From a virus (Duplodnaviria; Caudoviricetes), in the IMG/VR virus record IMGVR_UViG_3300035156_000156, positions 508 through 64,507 of that record: a stretch of 64,000 nucleotides of DNA; one strand, 5' to 3'. Below the pieces are notes generated by a model. The model was given only the letters and a program-made list of their open reading frames with translations, was not told where the DNA came from and did no database searches. The translations under genes were made by a program, and so were the position numbers. Positions 1 through 9,512 of this stretch are shown here, in pieces; the first letter of the stretch is position 1; the number at the start of each line of letters is the position of its first letter.

Positions 1-1
1 C

Positions 2-490
2 CAGCACCCCCGCTTCGTGCCGCTGACCGCGCCGGTGCGGGTGTCGTGCGAGTGCATCTTCGAAGTGCCGAAAAGCTGGCCCCGCAAGTTCCACGAAGCC
101 GCCCGAGCCGGCACGCTGTGGCACACCAGCAAGCCCGACGAAGACAACCTCGGCAAGCTGGTCAAGGATGCGCTGAACACTCACGCCTATGTCGATGACG
201 GCCAGATCAGCATGGGGCCGGTGATGAAACGCTATGGCAGCCCCGAACGCACCGTGGTCACGATCGAGGCGCTGGAACAGCCCGGAAATATCGTCACCCC
301 GGCGCAGAAGGAACTACAGGCAAGGGTTGCGGCTGCTGCACAAGCAACGCCGCCAAAGCCCCGGAAATCCACCCCACTTAAAGCGGGTAAAAATAAGCGG
401 CCCGACAAGCTACAGGCGGCCATCGATCGCGCACTGGCGCGGGATGCCAAGCCTGCCGCGGTCGCGCCCACCCTGTTCGGTGATCTGTGA
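2..490 (+). CDS. rusA: RusA-family Holliday junction resolvase (5' end truncated by window)
   Basis: KPDEDNLGKLVKDAL...YVDDGQI matches the RusA KPDxDN..K...DAL...DD motif; frame is open from the window edge. Confidence 0.88.
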   Translation, partial: QHPRFVPLTAPVRVSCECIFEVPKSWPRKFHEAARAGTLWHTSKPDEDNLGKLVKDALNTHAYVDDGQISMGPVMKRYGSPERTVVTIEALEQPGNIVTPAQKELQARVAAAAQATPPKPRKSTPLKAGKNKRPDKLQAAIDRALARDAKPAAVAPTLFGDL

Positions 491-750
491 TGGCTGACGA
501 CTGGCGCGAGCCTTACCGCACCATGGACGCCAGCGGCACGCCCGACAGCGCCGGGCAGGTTGGGCACGCTTGGCTGATCGACATCGCCATGGCCGAGCAT
601 CGCCGCAGCCCGGCCGGGTTGGAGATAGACACCCCGACGCGAAAGCATCACGCCGCGCTGTACCGCGATTGCAAGCTGATCGCCGCCTATGTGGTGATCC
701 GCGACCCCATGAACTTCGCGGTGCTGATCCGCTGGAAGGCCCCCGACTGA
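487..750 (+). CDS. Hypothetical protein
   Basis: ORF overlapping the rusA stop and the next start. Confidence 0.65.
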   Translation: MMADDWREPYRTMDASGTPDSAGQVGHAWLIDIAMAEHRRSPAGLEIDTPTRKHHAALYRDCKLIAAYVVIRDPMNFAVLIRWKAPD

Positions 751-1715
751 TGGCCCACGGCAGACCTTGGTACAAGCGCAACGGCAGCGACTTCCTGTTC
801 GCCGCGATGTCGATGCCCGACGCCGAACACAAATGGGCGTACAGCGCCATCATCGACATGCTGAACGATCGCGACCGGGCCATCCCCGACGACGCCGCGT
901 TCATCTGCGGATTCACTGGCCTGTCGCGCAAGAAGTGGGCGGCGGTGCGGGCGTGGCTACTTGCCCACCGCAACGCCGATGGCGAACCCGACAAGCTGCT
1001 GCTGAACGACGCGGGCGACATCACCAACCCGCGCTTCGAACGCGAACGCCTTGAGCGCATCGCCGAGCGCGACGCAGCCGCCGCCAACGGTCGCAAGGGC
1101 GGCAAGAAGTCGGCCGCAATGCGCGCCCAACCTGACCTGCCGCTGACACCATCGGCCGATGATCGACCCGTTTATCGGGCCGATAAACACCCCGATAGTA
1201 CCCCCGATAGTCCCCCTATAACCCCCACGATAGTTGATGCCACACCGGCCAATATCAACGACTTAGCGCAAGCCCCCCCTCAAGCATCGCGCGCGCGCAA
1301 AGAGGCTAGAGGCGAGAGTCTAGAAGAAGAAGATAGGGAAAGCGCAGCACTCCGAACCCCTGTGGAGGCGCTGCTTTTGCGCCTTCCCGAGTTGACCCGT
1401 TCGTTCGCCAATGCCGCAGGCGTCGCGGCAGGGCCGCACCGTCCCAAGGGCTGGGCCGACGCCATGGACGAGGCACGGGTATGGCTGAACCTCGGGCTGG
1501 ACCCCGACACCGAAATCATCCCCGCACTACAGGACGACGCGACCCGATCAGGCGGCGCACGCGGCAGCCTGCGATACTTCACCCGACGCTTCACCGAAAT
1601 GGCAGCACGAAAGGCCAAGCCCAATGGATCAGCAGCTAACGATCGCCCAGCCGAACCGCGTAGTGCTTTGGCAAGGGCCGTCCTCCGACAGCAGGGTCGC
1701 GGCGCTGATCGATGA
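750..1715 (+). CDS. Phage replication initiator (DUF1376/YdaU-like)
   Basis: N-terminus PWYKRNGSDFL...AYSAIIDML..RDRAIPDD is typical of DUF1376; iteron-like repeats inside the gene; followed by a loader-like gene. ATG at 750 overlaps the previous stop. Confidence 0.8.
   Translation: MAHGRPWYKRNGSDFLFAAMSMPDAEHKWAYSAIIDMLNDRDRAIPDDAAFICGFTGLSRKKWAAVRAWLLAHRNADGEPDKLLLNDAGDITNPRFERERLERIAERDAAAANGRKGGKKSAAMRAQPDLPLTPSADDRPVYRADKHPDSTPDSPPITPTIVDATPANINDLAQAPPQASRARKEARGESLEEEDRESAALRTPVEALLLRLPELTRSFANAAGVAAGPHRPKGWADAMDEARVWLNLGLDPDTEIIPALQDDATRSGGARGSLRYFTRRFTEMAARKAKPNGSAANDRPAEPRSALARAVLRQQGRGADR
1170..1234. repeat. Putative replication origin iterons
   Basis: Palindrome GTTTATCGG-G-CCGATAAAC (1170-1188), then CGATA/CTATA cores at 1181, 1193, 1205, 1216 and 1228 (11-12 bp period; CCCCGATAGT twice). 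Confidence 0.65.
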
Positions 1716-2112
1716 TTCTGCAATGTACCCGGCATACTCGCACGTCTGCACCGCTGATCAGGCCGCATGCCTCGATCACTGGATTGCCGAAACCGAACGC
1801 GCACTGGTGCCGGCAACGCCCGAAATGATCACCAGCTTCGTCGGCAACCTCGCGATCGGCCTCAAGGCCCCCAAGGTCAGCGACGAGGAAGCCGACGTGC
1901 AACTGACGCAGTACGTGCAAGGGCTGGCCGACATTCCACGTGATGTCCTCGCCCACGCCTATCTGGCGATCCTGAACAACGAAACATTCATGCCCACAGT
2001 CGCCGAGGTGCGGAAGCGGTGCCACCCCAACGCCGTTCGCCAGTGGCAGCTTGGGCGCATGAAGATGCTGCGGCGAACATACGATCGGGCACACCCGACG
2101 AAGGCTGATTGA
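1624..2112 (+). CDS. Putative helicase loader / replisome protein
   Basis: Follows the initiator; YVQGLADIP...FMPTVAEVRKRC resembles the F.P...E motif of phage loader-like proteins. Confidence 0.6.
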   Translation: MDQQLTIAQPNRVVLWQGPSSDSRVAALIDDSAMYPAYSHVCTADQAACLDHWIAETERALVPATPEMITSFVGNLAIGLKAPKVSDEEADVQLTQYVQGLADIPRDVLAHAYLAILNNETFMPTVAEVRKRCHPNAVRQWQLGRMKMLRRTYDRAHPTKAD

Positions 2113-2142
2113 CCATACATTCCACCCACGAAAGGCAATTCC

Positions 2143-3627
2143 ATGAGCGAGCATAATAACCCGAGCGACGCCTTTGCGGCCCTGCGCAGCCCTGCCGTGC
2201 AGGCCCAGATCAAGGCTATGGCTGACCGCATCAGCTCATCCGGCAGCGCCATCGGCGAGGCCATGCGCAGGGCAATGGACCGTGTACTGGCCGAGCCGGC
2301 CCAGCCCGCCCCGGCCCTCGATTGGTCGCTGCCAATCGAGACGGACGAAGCCGAGCCGCGGTTCGCGCAAGTGGTCGATGCCAAGCCCGATGGCGTACAG
2401 GTCTATATTATGGACTCGGCGGGCAATGGTGCACGCGCTTGGTACTATCGAACGGGCGTGCCCGTGTACGATCGCGACCCCGGCGTGCGGAATGTTCCGA
2501 CCCCGCCCGCGCTCGATTGGGATGCGCCGCTGGAAACCGACGAGGCCCGGCCGCGAAAGGTGATCAGGCCGACTTGGCAGCCGCCGGGGTCGATCGTCTG
2601 GGCACGCGAGGCGCGGCTAGGATCGCCGACGTGGCACTATGCCCCGGACGGCACGCCGATCGGTGATTCGCCCCGCCTGCGCAACGTGACCCAGCCCAAG
2701 CCGGGGGTGCGAGACGCGGAACGGGTGTGCAGTGTCACGCCGACCGCGGCGCGCCCCGAAACCTTCACGTTCCATTCGATGACCGAGGCGCAGAAGCGCA
2801 ACGGGTCCGAGGGCAGCACGTACGACAAGCTGCTGCGCGAGGCGTTCGCGCGGCACGCCTCGATCGCGGGCGGCAGGACGCGCCCGGCGTCGTGGCCGGG
2901 CTACCCCACCGACCCCGCGGTGATCGAGCGGCGCAAGCGGGTGTTCGATCAGGTGACGAAGGGCGCAACGATGACCCCGACTGAGGGAACCGCAGTGCCA
3001 GCCGCTGATGTGTCAATCGCTTGGGACTATGACCGCGGCGTAGTGCGCTACACCTCCACCGCCACGGCAGAACAGCCCAAAACGATCCGCGATTTCGTGG
3101 CGCGTGAGGCGCGCGGCGATCAGCCCAGCGACGAAGTGATCGCGCAGGCCGTCAACCGACTCGATGAAATCGCCGATCTGTTGATGGGGCACAGGCGCGA
3201 AGCTGATTGGACAGGCAAAGCCGCGTTCGATCTGCGGGGCCTTGCTGGCATGCTGGGCAGCTTGACCACGGGCATCGTTGTGCGCCGGTTTGGCCAATCC
3301 GGCGGCCAGATCGCAGAGGCGCTGACGCCGCAGGCCAACAGCTTCGACACTGGCGACCCCGGCTTCGATCCCAACAAGCAGGTGACGATCAACGGTTATC
3401 TGTTCTGGCCCGATCGGGTGCAGATCGCCGCAGCGACCACCATGGGCCACCAGCGCGAGGAACTCGGCAAGCTGCACGCCCGAGTCGGTACGGTGTCCGA
3501 ACAGCGGGACGCGGCGAAGAACTCAAGCGAGGGCCATGCCAAGCGCGCCGCGAACTTGGCCGAGCAACTGGCCATTGCCAACGCCATGATCGAAACGCTG
3601 CGCAAGAAGCCTCTTGCAACCGACTAA
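2143..3627 (+). CDS. Hypothetical protein with tandem 65-aa repeat and C-terminal coiled coil
   Basis: 494-aa ORF with AAAGG RBS; PALDW.P.ETDEA.PR occurs twice. Confidence 0.8.
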   Translation: MSEHNNPSDAFAALRSPAVQAQIKAMADRISSSGSAIGEAMRRAMDRVLAEPAQPAPALDWSLPIETDEAEPRFAQVVDAKPDGVQVYIMDSAGNGARAWYYRTGVPVYDRDPGVRNVPTPPALDWDAPLETDEARPRKVIRPTWQPPGSIVWAREARLGSPTWHYAPDGTPIGDSPRLRNVTQPKPGVRDAERVCSVTPTAARPETFTFHSMTEAQKRNGSEGSTYDKLLREAFARHASIAGGRTRPASWPGYPTDPAVIERRKRVFDQVTKGATMTPTEGTAVPAADVSIAWDYDRGVVRYTSTATAEQPKTIRDFVAREARGDQPSDEVIAQAVNRLDEIADLLMGHRREADWTGKAAFDLRGLAGMLGSLTTGIVVRRFGQSGGQIAEALTPQANSFDTGDPGFDPNKQVTINGYLFWPDRVQIAAATTMGHQREELGKLHARVGTVSEQRDAAKNSSEGHAKRAANLAEQLAIANAMIETLRKKPLATD

Positions 3628-3978
3628 TAATTGGGCGTAACGGGGGTTCCAGAACCGGAATATCGGTCGGAACCACCCAAGAAGGATTGAGCCATGAACA
3701 TGACGATCACAGCACCACGGAACCTGACCCGCAATTCTAGCCGGGCGGTTCGCATCATCGCCGCCCCGGCGCGGTGGGTCTTCCGCGGCCTATTCGGCCA
3801 CCACGCCTCGACCTGCACCTGCGACCATTGCTAAGGCGATGCGCAACCTGAAGGGGTACTGGCGGGCCATTGCCGCCAGCCGCGCCGAGCGTCGCGCCGC
3901 CAAGGCGGCAGAAGCGCGCCGGTGGGCCAAGCGCATCGGCGCGTGCCAGTGCGATGACCCGAATTGTGAGGCCGGGCT

Positions 3979-4566
3979 ATGAGTAACCAGATCAGAGAAG
4001 GCGGGGTAGGGATACCCGCCGGTATGAAGTCGTGGCTTGGCGGCGACGCTGCGCCTGCGGATTGGGATGGCGGCGAAGTTCAGTGGATAGAACGCGCGGG
4101 TCATACCCGTATCGGCATGAAGCAGCCGGAACAGCCGTGGGCTCATGGTGCCGAAAACTGGTTCGACATCATCGCCTACACCCCGACCCCTTCTCCCGAG
4201 ATAGCCGAACAGCCGATGGGGCAACATCGCATCCGCGCCGTCAGGATGGGCGAAACGACCCAGCTATTCATCGCGGGGTTAGGCCACACCATCGGGTTGA
4301 CCGATGATGAAGCACAGAGCCTTGCCGCTGGTCTTGCAGCCGCCACCCCCAAGCCCGCCGATCCTACGTCCGTAGCGGGGGAGCGGAACGATGCGGTCGA
4401 GCGGATTGCGCGCGATCACGTCCAAGCGTTCAGGCAGCAGAGTCGCCTATCCGGTGAGCTGCCAAGCCGAGAAGCGAAATTGCTGACCGACCTGTTTGTT
4501 CAAGCAATGCTCGCAGCCCTCGCCATCAACGCGCCCGATGCCGCCAAGCCGGAGGGCCGGACATGA
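3979..4566 (+). CDS. Hypothetical protein
   Basis: ORF in the overlapping early gene array. Confidence 0.65.
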   Translation: MSNQIREGGVGIPAGMKSWLGGDAAPADWDGGEVQWIERAGHTRIGMKQPEQPWAHGAENWFDIIAYTPTPSPEIAEQPMGQHRIRAVRMGETTQLFIAGLGHTIGLTDDEAQSLAAGLAAATPKPADPTSVAGERNDAVERIARDHVQAFRQQSRLSGELPSREAKLLTDLFVQAMLAALAINAPDAAKPEGRT

Positions 4567-4787
4567 GCGACATGATCGACGACTTCCGCGCGCTGAAAGA
4601 GTTTCGTCGCCTCTATCGATCCGCGTTTGGAAGGCCGTGCCCGCGTTGCGCCATAGAGCAGCCGAAACGCCAGCCGACAATTCTTGAGCCGGGCCACCGC
4701 TGCAAGGCGCATCGCCCACCGTTCGTTGATCCGCGTCCCGAGCCTACGCAGGCTGAAATCGACGCTGCATTGGGAATACCCGCATGA
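4563..4787 (+). CDS. Small CxxC protein
   Basis: ATGA-coupled; CPRC...C..H. Confidence 0.65.
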   Translation: MSDMIDDFRALKEFRRLYRSAFGRPCPRCAIEQPKRQPTILEPGHRCKAHRPPFVDPRPEPTQAEIDAALGIPA

Positions 4788-5392
4788 CCGAAGCCAATGC
4801 CGCAAGCCGTGAAGCGCGGGCGCAGATGATCGACAAGCTCCGCTGTGCCGCGCTTGGACTGTACGCGCAGCGAGTTGAAGCCGTCGAGCGCTACCCCGAG
4901 CATGTCGATCTGCTGATGAAGGCGGGCGCCGATTGGTTTAATTTGCTGACTGGTGCGGCTGACATGCTCGCCCTCGCCGACGAAGCCGCCAGCCAGCCGC
5001 GGGAGGGGGTGGAGGCGCTATGCGAGCGCGTCTATCGCGCCGGGTTAAATGACGGGTGGCGCTGCAATCAGCAGGGCAAGAAATCCGCGCCGATCGCCTT
5101 TGACGAGGAATGGCATTTCTACGTGAAGAACGGCGCGCTCGCTAAGTCGATCGAGGCGACCCTCCACGACACAGCCCCGACCGATCAGGCGCAGGGAGGC
5201 GGGGCCGACCTCGCCAAGCGGGTTTTCCTCGCCGCCAGCCGAGGCGATCACGTCATCGGCCACGACGTTGCGTTCCAGCCCGATACCGACAGCTTCACCC
5301 CCGCCGAGGTGGCCATGATGCAGGGCTGGTGGACCGCATGGTGGGCGGCCGAAAACGCCGAAGCGGCACCGGATCAGGAAGGGCAGGGCTGA
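4784..5392 (+). CDS. Hypothetical protein
   Basis: ATGA-coupled ORF. Confidence 0.65.
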   Translation: MTEANAASREARAQMIDKLRCAALGLYAQRVEAVERYPEHVDLLMKAGADWFNLLTGAADMLALADEAASQPREGVEALCERVYRAGLNDGWRCNQQGKKSAPIAFDEEWHFYVKNGALAKSIEATLHDTAPTDQAQGGGADLAKRVFLAASRGDHVIGHDVAFQPDTDSFTPAEVAMMQGWWTAWWAAENAEAAPDQEGQG

Positions 5393-5883
5393 TGGAACTG
5401 CTGGCCAACGGCAGCGTGGCGATGACCCGGCGCGAGTTCGAAGCCCTGCCCAACTATTCGGGCAGCCTGCCCACAGGCACCACGCCGGGCAAGTCGTGGC
5501 GGCGCGCGGTGCGCTACGGCTACCAGCGGCCGACCGATCAATGGCGGCGCGGCACGTACGGCAAGCCCTACCCGGAAGGGCACCCGCACGCCGGGCAAAT
5601 CCCGATCATCTGGCAAGACATCGTGATCAAGGATCAGGGCCGCGTCTTTCCGCGCAACGTCAACGTACCTGTGCCGGTGAAGCGGGGCCGCATGTTCGCT
5701 GCCCCGGTCGGCACCGACGAAGGCGAACTGTGCATGCGCGACAACTGCTTGGGCGTGATCGAGTACATGCCCGACAGCAGTATGGACGGCTGCGGCTGTC
5801 GGAACATGCCCATGCCGCCGTGCAGCTACTGCACCAGCACCATGCCGGAATGCCCGCGCTGCGGGTGGAGGGAGGAAGACTGA
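5392..5883 (+). CDS. Hypothetical protein with Cys-rich C-terminus
   Basis: TGATG coupling; CGC..MPPCSYC...CPRCGW. Confidence 0.7.
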   Translation: MELLANGSVAMTRREFEALPNYSGSLPTGTTPGKSWRRAVRYGYQRPTDQWRRGTYGKPYPEGHPHAGQIPIIWQDIVIKDQGRVFPRNVNVPVPVKRGRMFAAPVGTDEGELCMRDNCLGVIEYMPDSSMDGCGCRNMPMPPCSYCTSTMPECPRCGWREED

Positions 5884-6089
5884 TGGCCCACTTCGTGTTC
5901 GCAATCGACGGGGGTGGCTATGTCGGCACCCGCAAGAACAACGGCAAGCTGTACGAAAGCCGGCCCAGCGCGGCGGCCGACATCACGGAAGCCCGCGTGT
6001 TCAATACCAAGGCCGCCGCCTCGCGTGCTGGTGGATCACTCGGTCAGCAGGGCAAAGCCTTGGCCGTTTCGCTGACGGTGTGCCGATGA
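5883..6089 (+). CDS. Hypothetical protein
   Basis: TGATG coupling. Confidence 0.6.
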   Translation: MAHFVFAIDGGGYVGTRKNNGKLYESRPSAAADITEARVFNTKAAASRAGGSLGQQGKALAVSLTVCR

Positions 6090-6373
6090 CCCCCCGCGAA
6101 GCATGGGTGCAGACCAGCGGCCAGTTGAACAAGGGCGACCGGCGCGACCTGCGCGGCGGCTCGGTGTTGCACCGGCGGTTGACCGATGTGCCCGAGCAGG
6201 GTGCAAGCAACCCGTTCAGCCAAGCACTGACGTGCAAGGCCAGCCACATCGATTGCGAGTTCATGCTCGATCGCATCGACCCGGAAACGTACCAGCTTCT
6301 CGGACGCATCGCGCCGGGCGATTGGGTGCAGGTCGAAGGCCCTTGGCGCGTCGGCACGGGGCCGTTCCGATGA
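6086..6373 (+). CDS. Hypothetical protein
   Basis: ATGA coupling. Confidence 0.6.
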   Translation: MTPREAWVQTSGQLNKGDRRDLRGGSVLHRRLTDVPEQGASNPFSQALTCKASHIDCEFMLDRIDPETYQLLGRIAPGDWVQVEGPWRVGTGPFR

Positions 6374-6597
6374 GCGGCCCACAGCCCGACCCGGTGCCCA
6401 GCACACCCGATCAGATCGCCAAGGCCAAGGTGACTGCGGCCCGCCTTGCGACCAACCGCCCCGTGGCCGAACGTCTGGCCGGCGAATGGCTGCTGTCGTA
6501 CACGATCGCCGGCAAGAACCGGTATCGACTGGACGATCTGACCTATACCGCCGCCGATATGCGCGTCGCGTTCCTCGCCGGGCGGGCCAGCCGATGA
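6370..6597 (+). CDS. Hypothetical protein
   Basis: ATGA coupling (MSGPQPD...). Confidence 0.55.
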   Translation: MSGPQPDPVPSTPDQIAKAKVTAARLATNRPVAERLAGEWLLSYTIAGKNRYRLDDLTYTAADMRVAFLAGRASR

Positions 6598-6725
6598 CCG
6601 ATCCGACACCCAACCGCCGCCCGCCCCGCTTGCCCGGCTGCTGGGCCGCCGTGATGGTCGCGGTATTCGGTGCCGTGGTCGGCTCGGCCGTGTCGGAACT
6701 GCTGTGGTGGTGGCTGCGGCCATGA
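6594..6725 (+). CDS. Small membrane protein
   Basis: ATGA coupling; one hydrophobic segment (WAAVMVAVFGAVVG...WWW). Confidence 0.5.
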   Translation: MTDPTPNRRPPRLPGCWAAVMVAVFGAVVGSAVSELLWWWLRP

Positions 6726-6904
6726 TCGCCCCGGCCGACCTTGAAGCCATGCTGCGCGCGTTCGCCCAAGGCCGTCGCGCCGAAATCGACGGCAAGCCCG
6801 AGTCCGACAATCCGTGGCGGCCATGCTCGGACGCCGCCCTGTATGACGCTTGGCGGTGCGGCTGGCACGAAAGCGACGGCCCAGCGTACAAGGTGGCGGG
6901 ATGA
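6722..6904 (+). CDS. Small protein with Rmf/CrpP-like motif
   Basis: AFAQGRRA...NPW...AWRCGW pattern. Confidence 0.5.
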   Translation: MIAPADLEAMLRAFAQGRRAEIDGKPESDNPWRPCSDAALYDAWRCGWHESDGPAYKVAG

Positions 6905-7107
6905 TCCCGCCGCCCCGCCCCGGCCACCGCCTCGTCGGCTACCACCCCGCGCCGCAGGGCAAGGGCCAGCCGTTCAAGCTGGTGGGCCAGTACGAACCGA
7001 CCAAGCAGCCGCGCGCCGCAGCGGCCACGCTGACGCACGATCCTGATGGGCTGTACGAACAGGCCGGGGCGACCCCGCGCGCCGCCAAGCGGGGCCTGCT
7101 GCTGTAG
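6901..7107 (+). CDS. Hypothetical protein
   Basis: ATGA coupling; last gene before an intergenic gap. Confidence 0.5.
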   Translation: MIPPPRPGHRLVGYHPAPQGKGQPFKLVGQYEPTKQPRAAAATLTHDPDGLYEQAGATPRAAKRGLLL

Positions 7108-7183
7108 GGTTCCAAATAGGGCTACCCAATTCGGGAATAGGGGCGTAGGGGCGAGTCGAGTCCAACAAAGGAACGCCCACCCG

Positions 7184-7564
7184 ATGCCCCACGATACCCA
7201 CAACCCGCCCGCATACCCCGGCCCCCGGAACGACGAAGCCGGGGTGTTCGTCGGCATTCACGAAGGCCAGACGCTTCGCGATCACTTCGCCGGGCAGGCC
7301 CTCAATGGCATCTGCGCCAATCGCGATCTGGCCGCACAAGGCCATTTCTACAACGTCTCGATTGACGCCTATCGGTTTGCTGACGCGATGCTGATCGAGC
7401 GCGCCAAGCTGATCGCGAGCAACGGCAATCGTGATCAGTTGGTGCTTGCCGCCGCACAGCTTCGGCAGAATCAACGCCAGATCGATGCCGACGGCGCGCA
7501 GGTTGGCGTGTCGCGCCAAGCACTGGACGAAGTGCTGGCGTGGGCCAAGGAAATGGGGCTGTGA
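7184..7564 (+). CDS. Conserved phage protein (TLRD.FA..A family)
   Basis: TLRDHFAGQAL...AYRFADAMLIER motif; AAAGGA RBS. Confidence 0.75.
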   Translation: MPHDTHNPPAYPGPRNDEAGVFVGIHEGQTLRDHFAGQALNGICANRDLAAQGHFYNVSIDAYRFADAMLIERAKLIASNGNRDQLVLAAAQLRQNQRQIDADGAQVGVSRQALDEVLAWAKEMGL

Positions 7565-8223
7565 TTACACGGGTCACATGGACTGCAGAGATTGCGGGGC
7601 ACGGGGAGGCGGACGCCGAGTCCTATCGGGCTGCGCATCGAGCAGAAACCCAGATCAATGTTGCTGGGCGCACGTGCCTTGTCACCCGCTTTGCTTCTCT
7701 GGCACGAGGCCCGCAAGGCCCGGAGTCGGCGTTCGATGCCACTGTTGAGGAAGTGGCCAACGCCGAACTGCTGACGGTCAACTGCGCGCAGCTTCCGTGG
7801 CGGTGCTTCCACTGCGATCAGATACTGTTCACCGAGGACGGTGCCCGCAAGCACTTCGGCCCAGACGAGGGCAGCCGCCCAGCTTGCCAGATCAAGGGCA
7901 GTGAAGGCGGGCTGATCGAGGCGTTGCGCCAAGCCGAGTCCGAAGTCCTGCGGCTGCAATTTACGCTGCACACCGAGGGCGGCGAGACGCTGACCGGCTG
8001 GCGCGCTGCTGATGGCCGCCACGATCGCGCAGTGCGATCGGCCGAGGAAACGGGATACGAACGCGGCTTGGCCGACGCTCGCCTGATCGAACCCGCGGTT
8101 GCCGAGGCCGTGGCCGGTCTGCGCACCCGCACAAGCGGCGGCCATGCAGGCACAGGTTTGACGATCGTTGACACCCACCAGCTTGACACGGTGCTGGGCC
8201 ATTTCTCGGACCCTGCGCAATGA
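7561..8223 (+). CDS. Hypothetical protein with C2H-type zinc motif
   Basis: WRCFHCDQILF...ARKHFG...PACQI; GTGA coupling. Confidence 0.65.
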   Translation: MITRVTWTAEIAGHGEADAESYRAAHRAETQINVAGRTCLVTRFASLARGPQGPESAFDATVEEVANAELLTVNCAQLPWRCFHCDQILFTEDGARKHFGPDEGSRPACQIKGSEGGLIEALRQAESEVLRLQFTLHTEGGETLTGWRAADGRHDRAVRSAEETGYERGLADARLIEPAVAEAVAGLRTRTSGGHAGTGLTIVDTHQLDTVLGHFSDPAQ

Positions 8224-8429
8224 GCGCGCGCCATGCCCAGCAGCGCGCCAACCGCCGGGAACTCAAGGCCGACGCCGTGGTGCTGCTCGATCGCATCATG
8301 GCCCGTTACCCCGACGTGCTGTGGGCAGCGACCAAGGTTGAAATTGCGGAAATGCGCATGCGCCTCGCGCCCCCGCCCGGCATCAAGGCCCCGGTGATCC
8401 GCACCGGCTACACAAGGAAAAAACGATGA
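8220..8429 (+). CDS. Hypothetical protein
   Basis: ATGA coupling. Confidence 0.55.
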   Translation: MSARHAQQRANRRELKADAVVLLDRIMARYPDVLWAATKVEIAEMRMRLAPPPGIKAPVIRTGYTRKKR

Positions 8430-8626
8430 CGATTGACGACGTGCGCACCGAGGTGATGCGCCAGTGCGGTGCCACCAGCCAAGCGAAGGTTGCGCGCAAG
8501 GCCGGCATCGCACCGGGCCACCTGTCCGAGTTCATCGCCGGCAAGCGCACCCCATCGGAGAAGTTCCTTGCCGGGCTGGGCTTCCGCTGGACGATCGAGC
8601 GCATCGAAGTGGAGCCGGCGACGTGA
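8426..8626 (+). CDS. XRE-type helix-turn-helix protein
   Basis: SQAKVARKAGIAPGHLSEFIAGKRTPS. Confidence 0.8.
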   Translation: MTIDDVRTEVMRQCGATSQAKVARKAGIAPGHLSEFIAGKRTPSEKFLAGLGFRWTIERIEVEPAT

Positions 8627-8931
8627 TCGCCGACAGCGCCACGCTGCGCGAACGCCTGATCGGCGCACTAACCGCGGACCTCGGCGACAGCTACGATTGC
8701 ATCCGCGTGTGGTCGGCATGGGGTGTCGGCACGATGACCGAGGACGACTTTGCGCCCGTCACCAATCGCGTCGATGACATCGTGGACAGTCTGCTGCGGG
8801 TCATCACGGCCGAGCCGGCCGCCGACACGATCAATGGCCAGCCCTTCCACCACGAACTTTCGCCGAGTGCCGCCGCCGCATTCAAGACGTGGATGGCCGA
8901 CGAACTGGGAAGGCGCGACGATCATGGATGA
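8623..8931 (+). CDS. Hypothetical phage protein
   Basis: GTGA coupling; YDCIRVWSAWGVGTMTEDDF motif. Confidence 0.65.
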   Translation: MIADSATLRERLIGALTADLGDSYDCIRVWSAWGVGTMTEDDFAPVTNRVDDIVDSLLRVITAEPAADTINGQPFHHELSPSAAAAFKTWMADELGRRDDHG

Positions 8932-9015
8932 CTTCGATCGCGAGGTGGCACGCATCCACCGCCGTCGCATGGTGCCCAGCCTGCTGTTCAGCCGCGACAC
9001 GCTGGTGGCGCTGGC

Positions 9016-9288
9016 GTGAAGGCGGGCCTGTTTTGCGCCGGCTATCTCGTGTTCCTGTACCTGTTCAGCGACGATTGGCTGATGGATGCCTTCGCCATGG
9101 GGCAGGGCTTCATCATGGGCGCGCTGGGCATGCTGTTCTATTATGCCATGCGCGCCGCAATCGATGCGTGGCGCGAAGATCGCGAGGCGGCGCGCCGGGT
9201 GCGTGCCCGCCGCATACCCGGCCCGATGCCCATCAACTGTCGGTGCGTGATCGTGCCGACGATCGACACAAGGAGCCGCCACCCATGA
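9016..9288 (+). CDS. Small two-TM membrane protein
   Basis: Two hydrophobic segments; ends with PINCRCVIVP. Confidence 0.6.
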   Translation: MKAGLFCAGYLVFLYLFSDDWLMDAFAMGQGFIMGALGMLFYYAMRAAIDAWREDREAARRVRARRIPGPMPINCRCVIVPTIDTRSRHP

Positions 9289-9503
9289 ACCGAGGATTTG
9301 GATACGCCCGGAACGCCGCCGGCCAGCCCGTGGTGCGCGAAACGCTGCGCGAAGTGCCGCGCGAAACGATCGCGACCGTGACCTTCGCCAACCCCGACTG
9401 CGACTGCGAACTAGCACGCAAGGCCGGTGGCGTGATGATGTGCATGTGGTGCAGCCGGGGGCAGCCCATCACCCGCTACGACCACAGCAGCGCAGACCTG
9501 TAG
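9285..9503 (+). CDS. Hypothetical Cys-containing protein
   Basis: ATGA coupling; CDC...CMWC. Confidence 0.5.
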   Translation: MNRGFGYARNAAGQPVVRETLREVPRETIATVTFANPDCDCELARKAGGVMMCMWCSRGQPITRYDHSSADL

Positions 9504-9512
9504 GAACCACCC

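Noticed and set aside
570-749. Upstream extensions given by the ORF track (e.g. 570, 16420, 51506, 62153, 62983)
   Set aside because: They overlap other genes or regulatory DNA; RBS and stop-start coupling support the downstream starts used here
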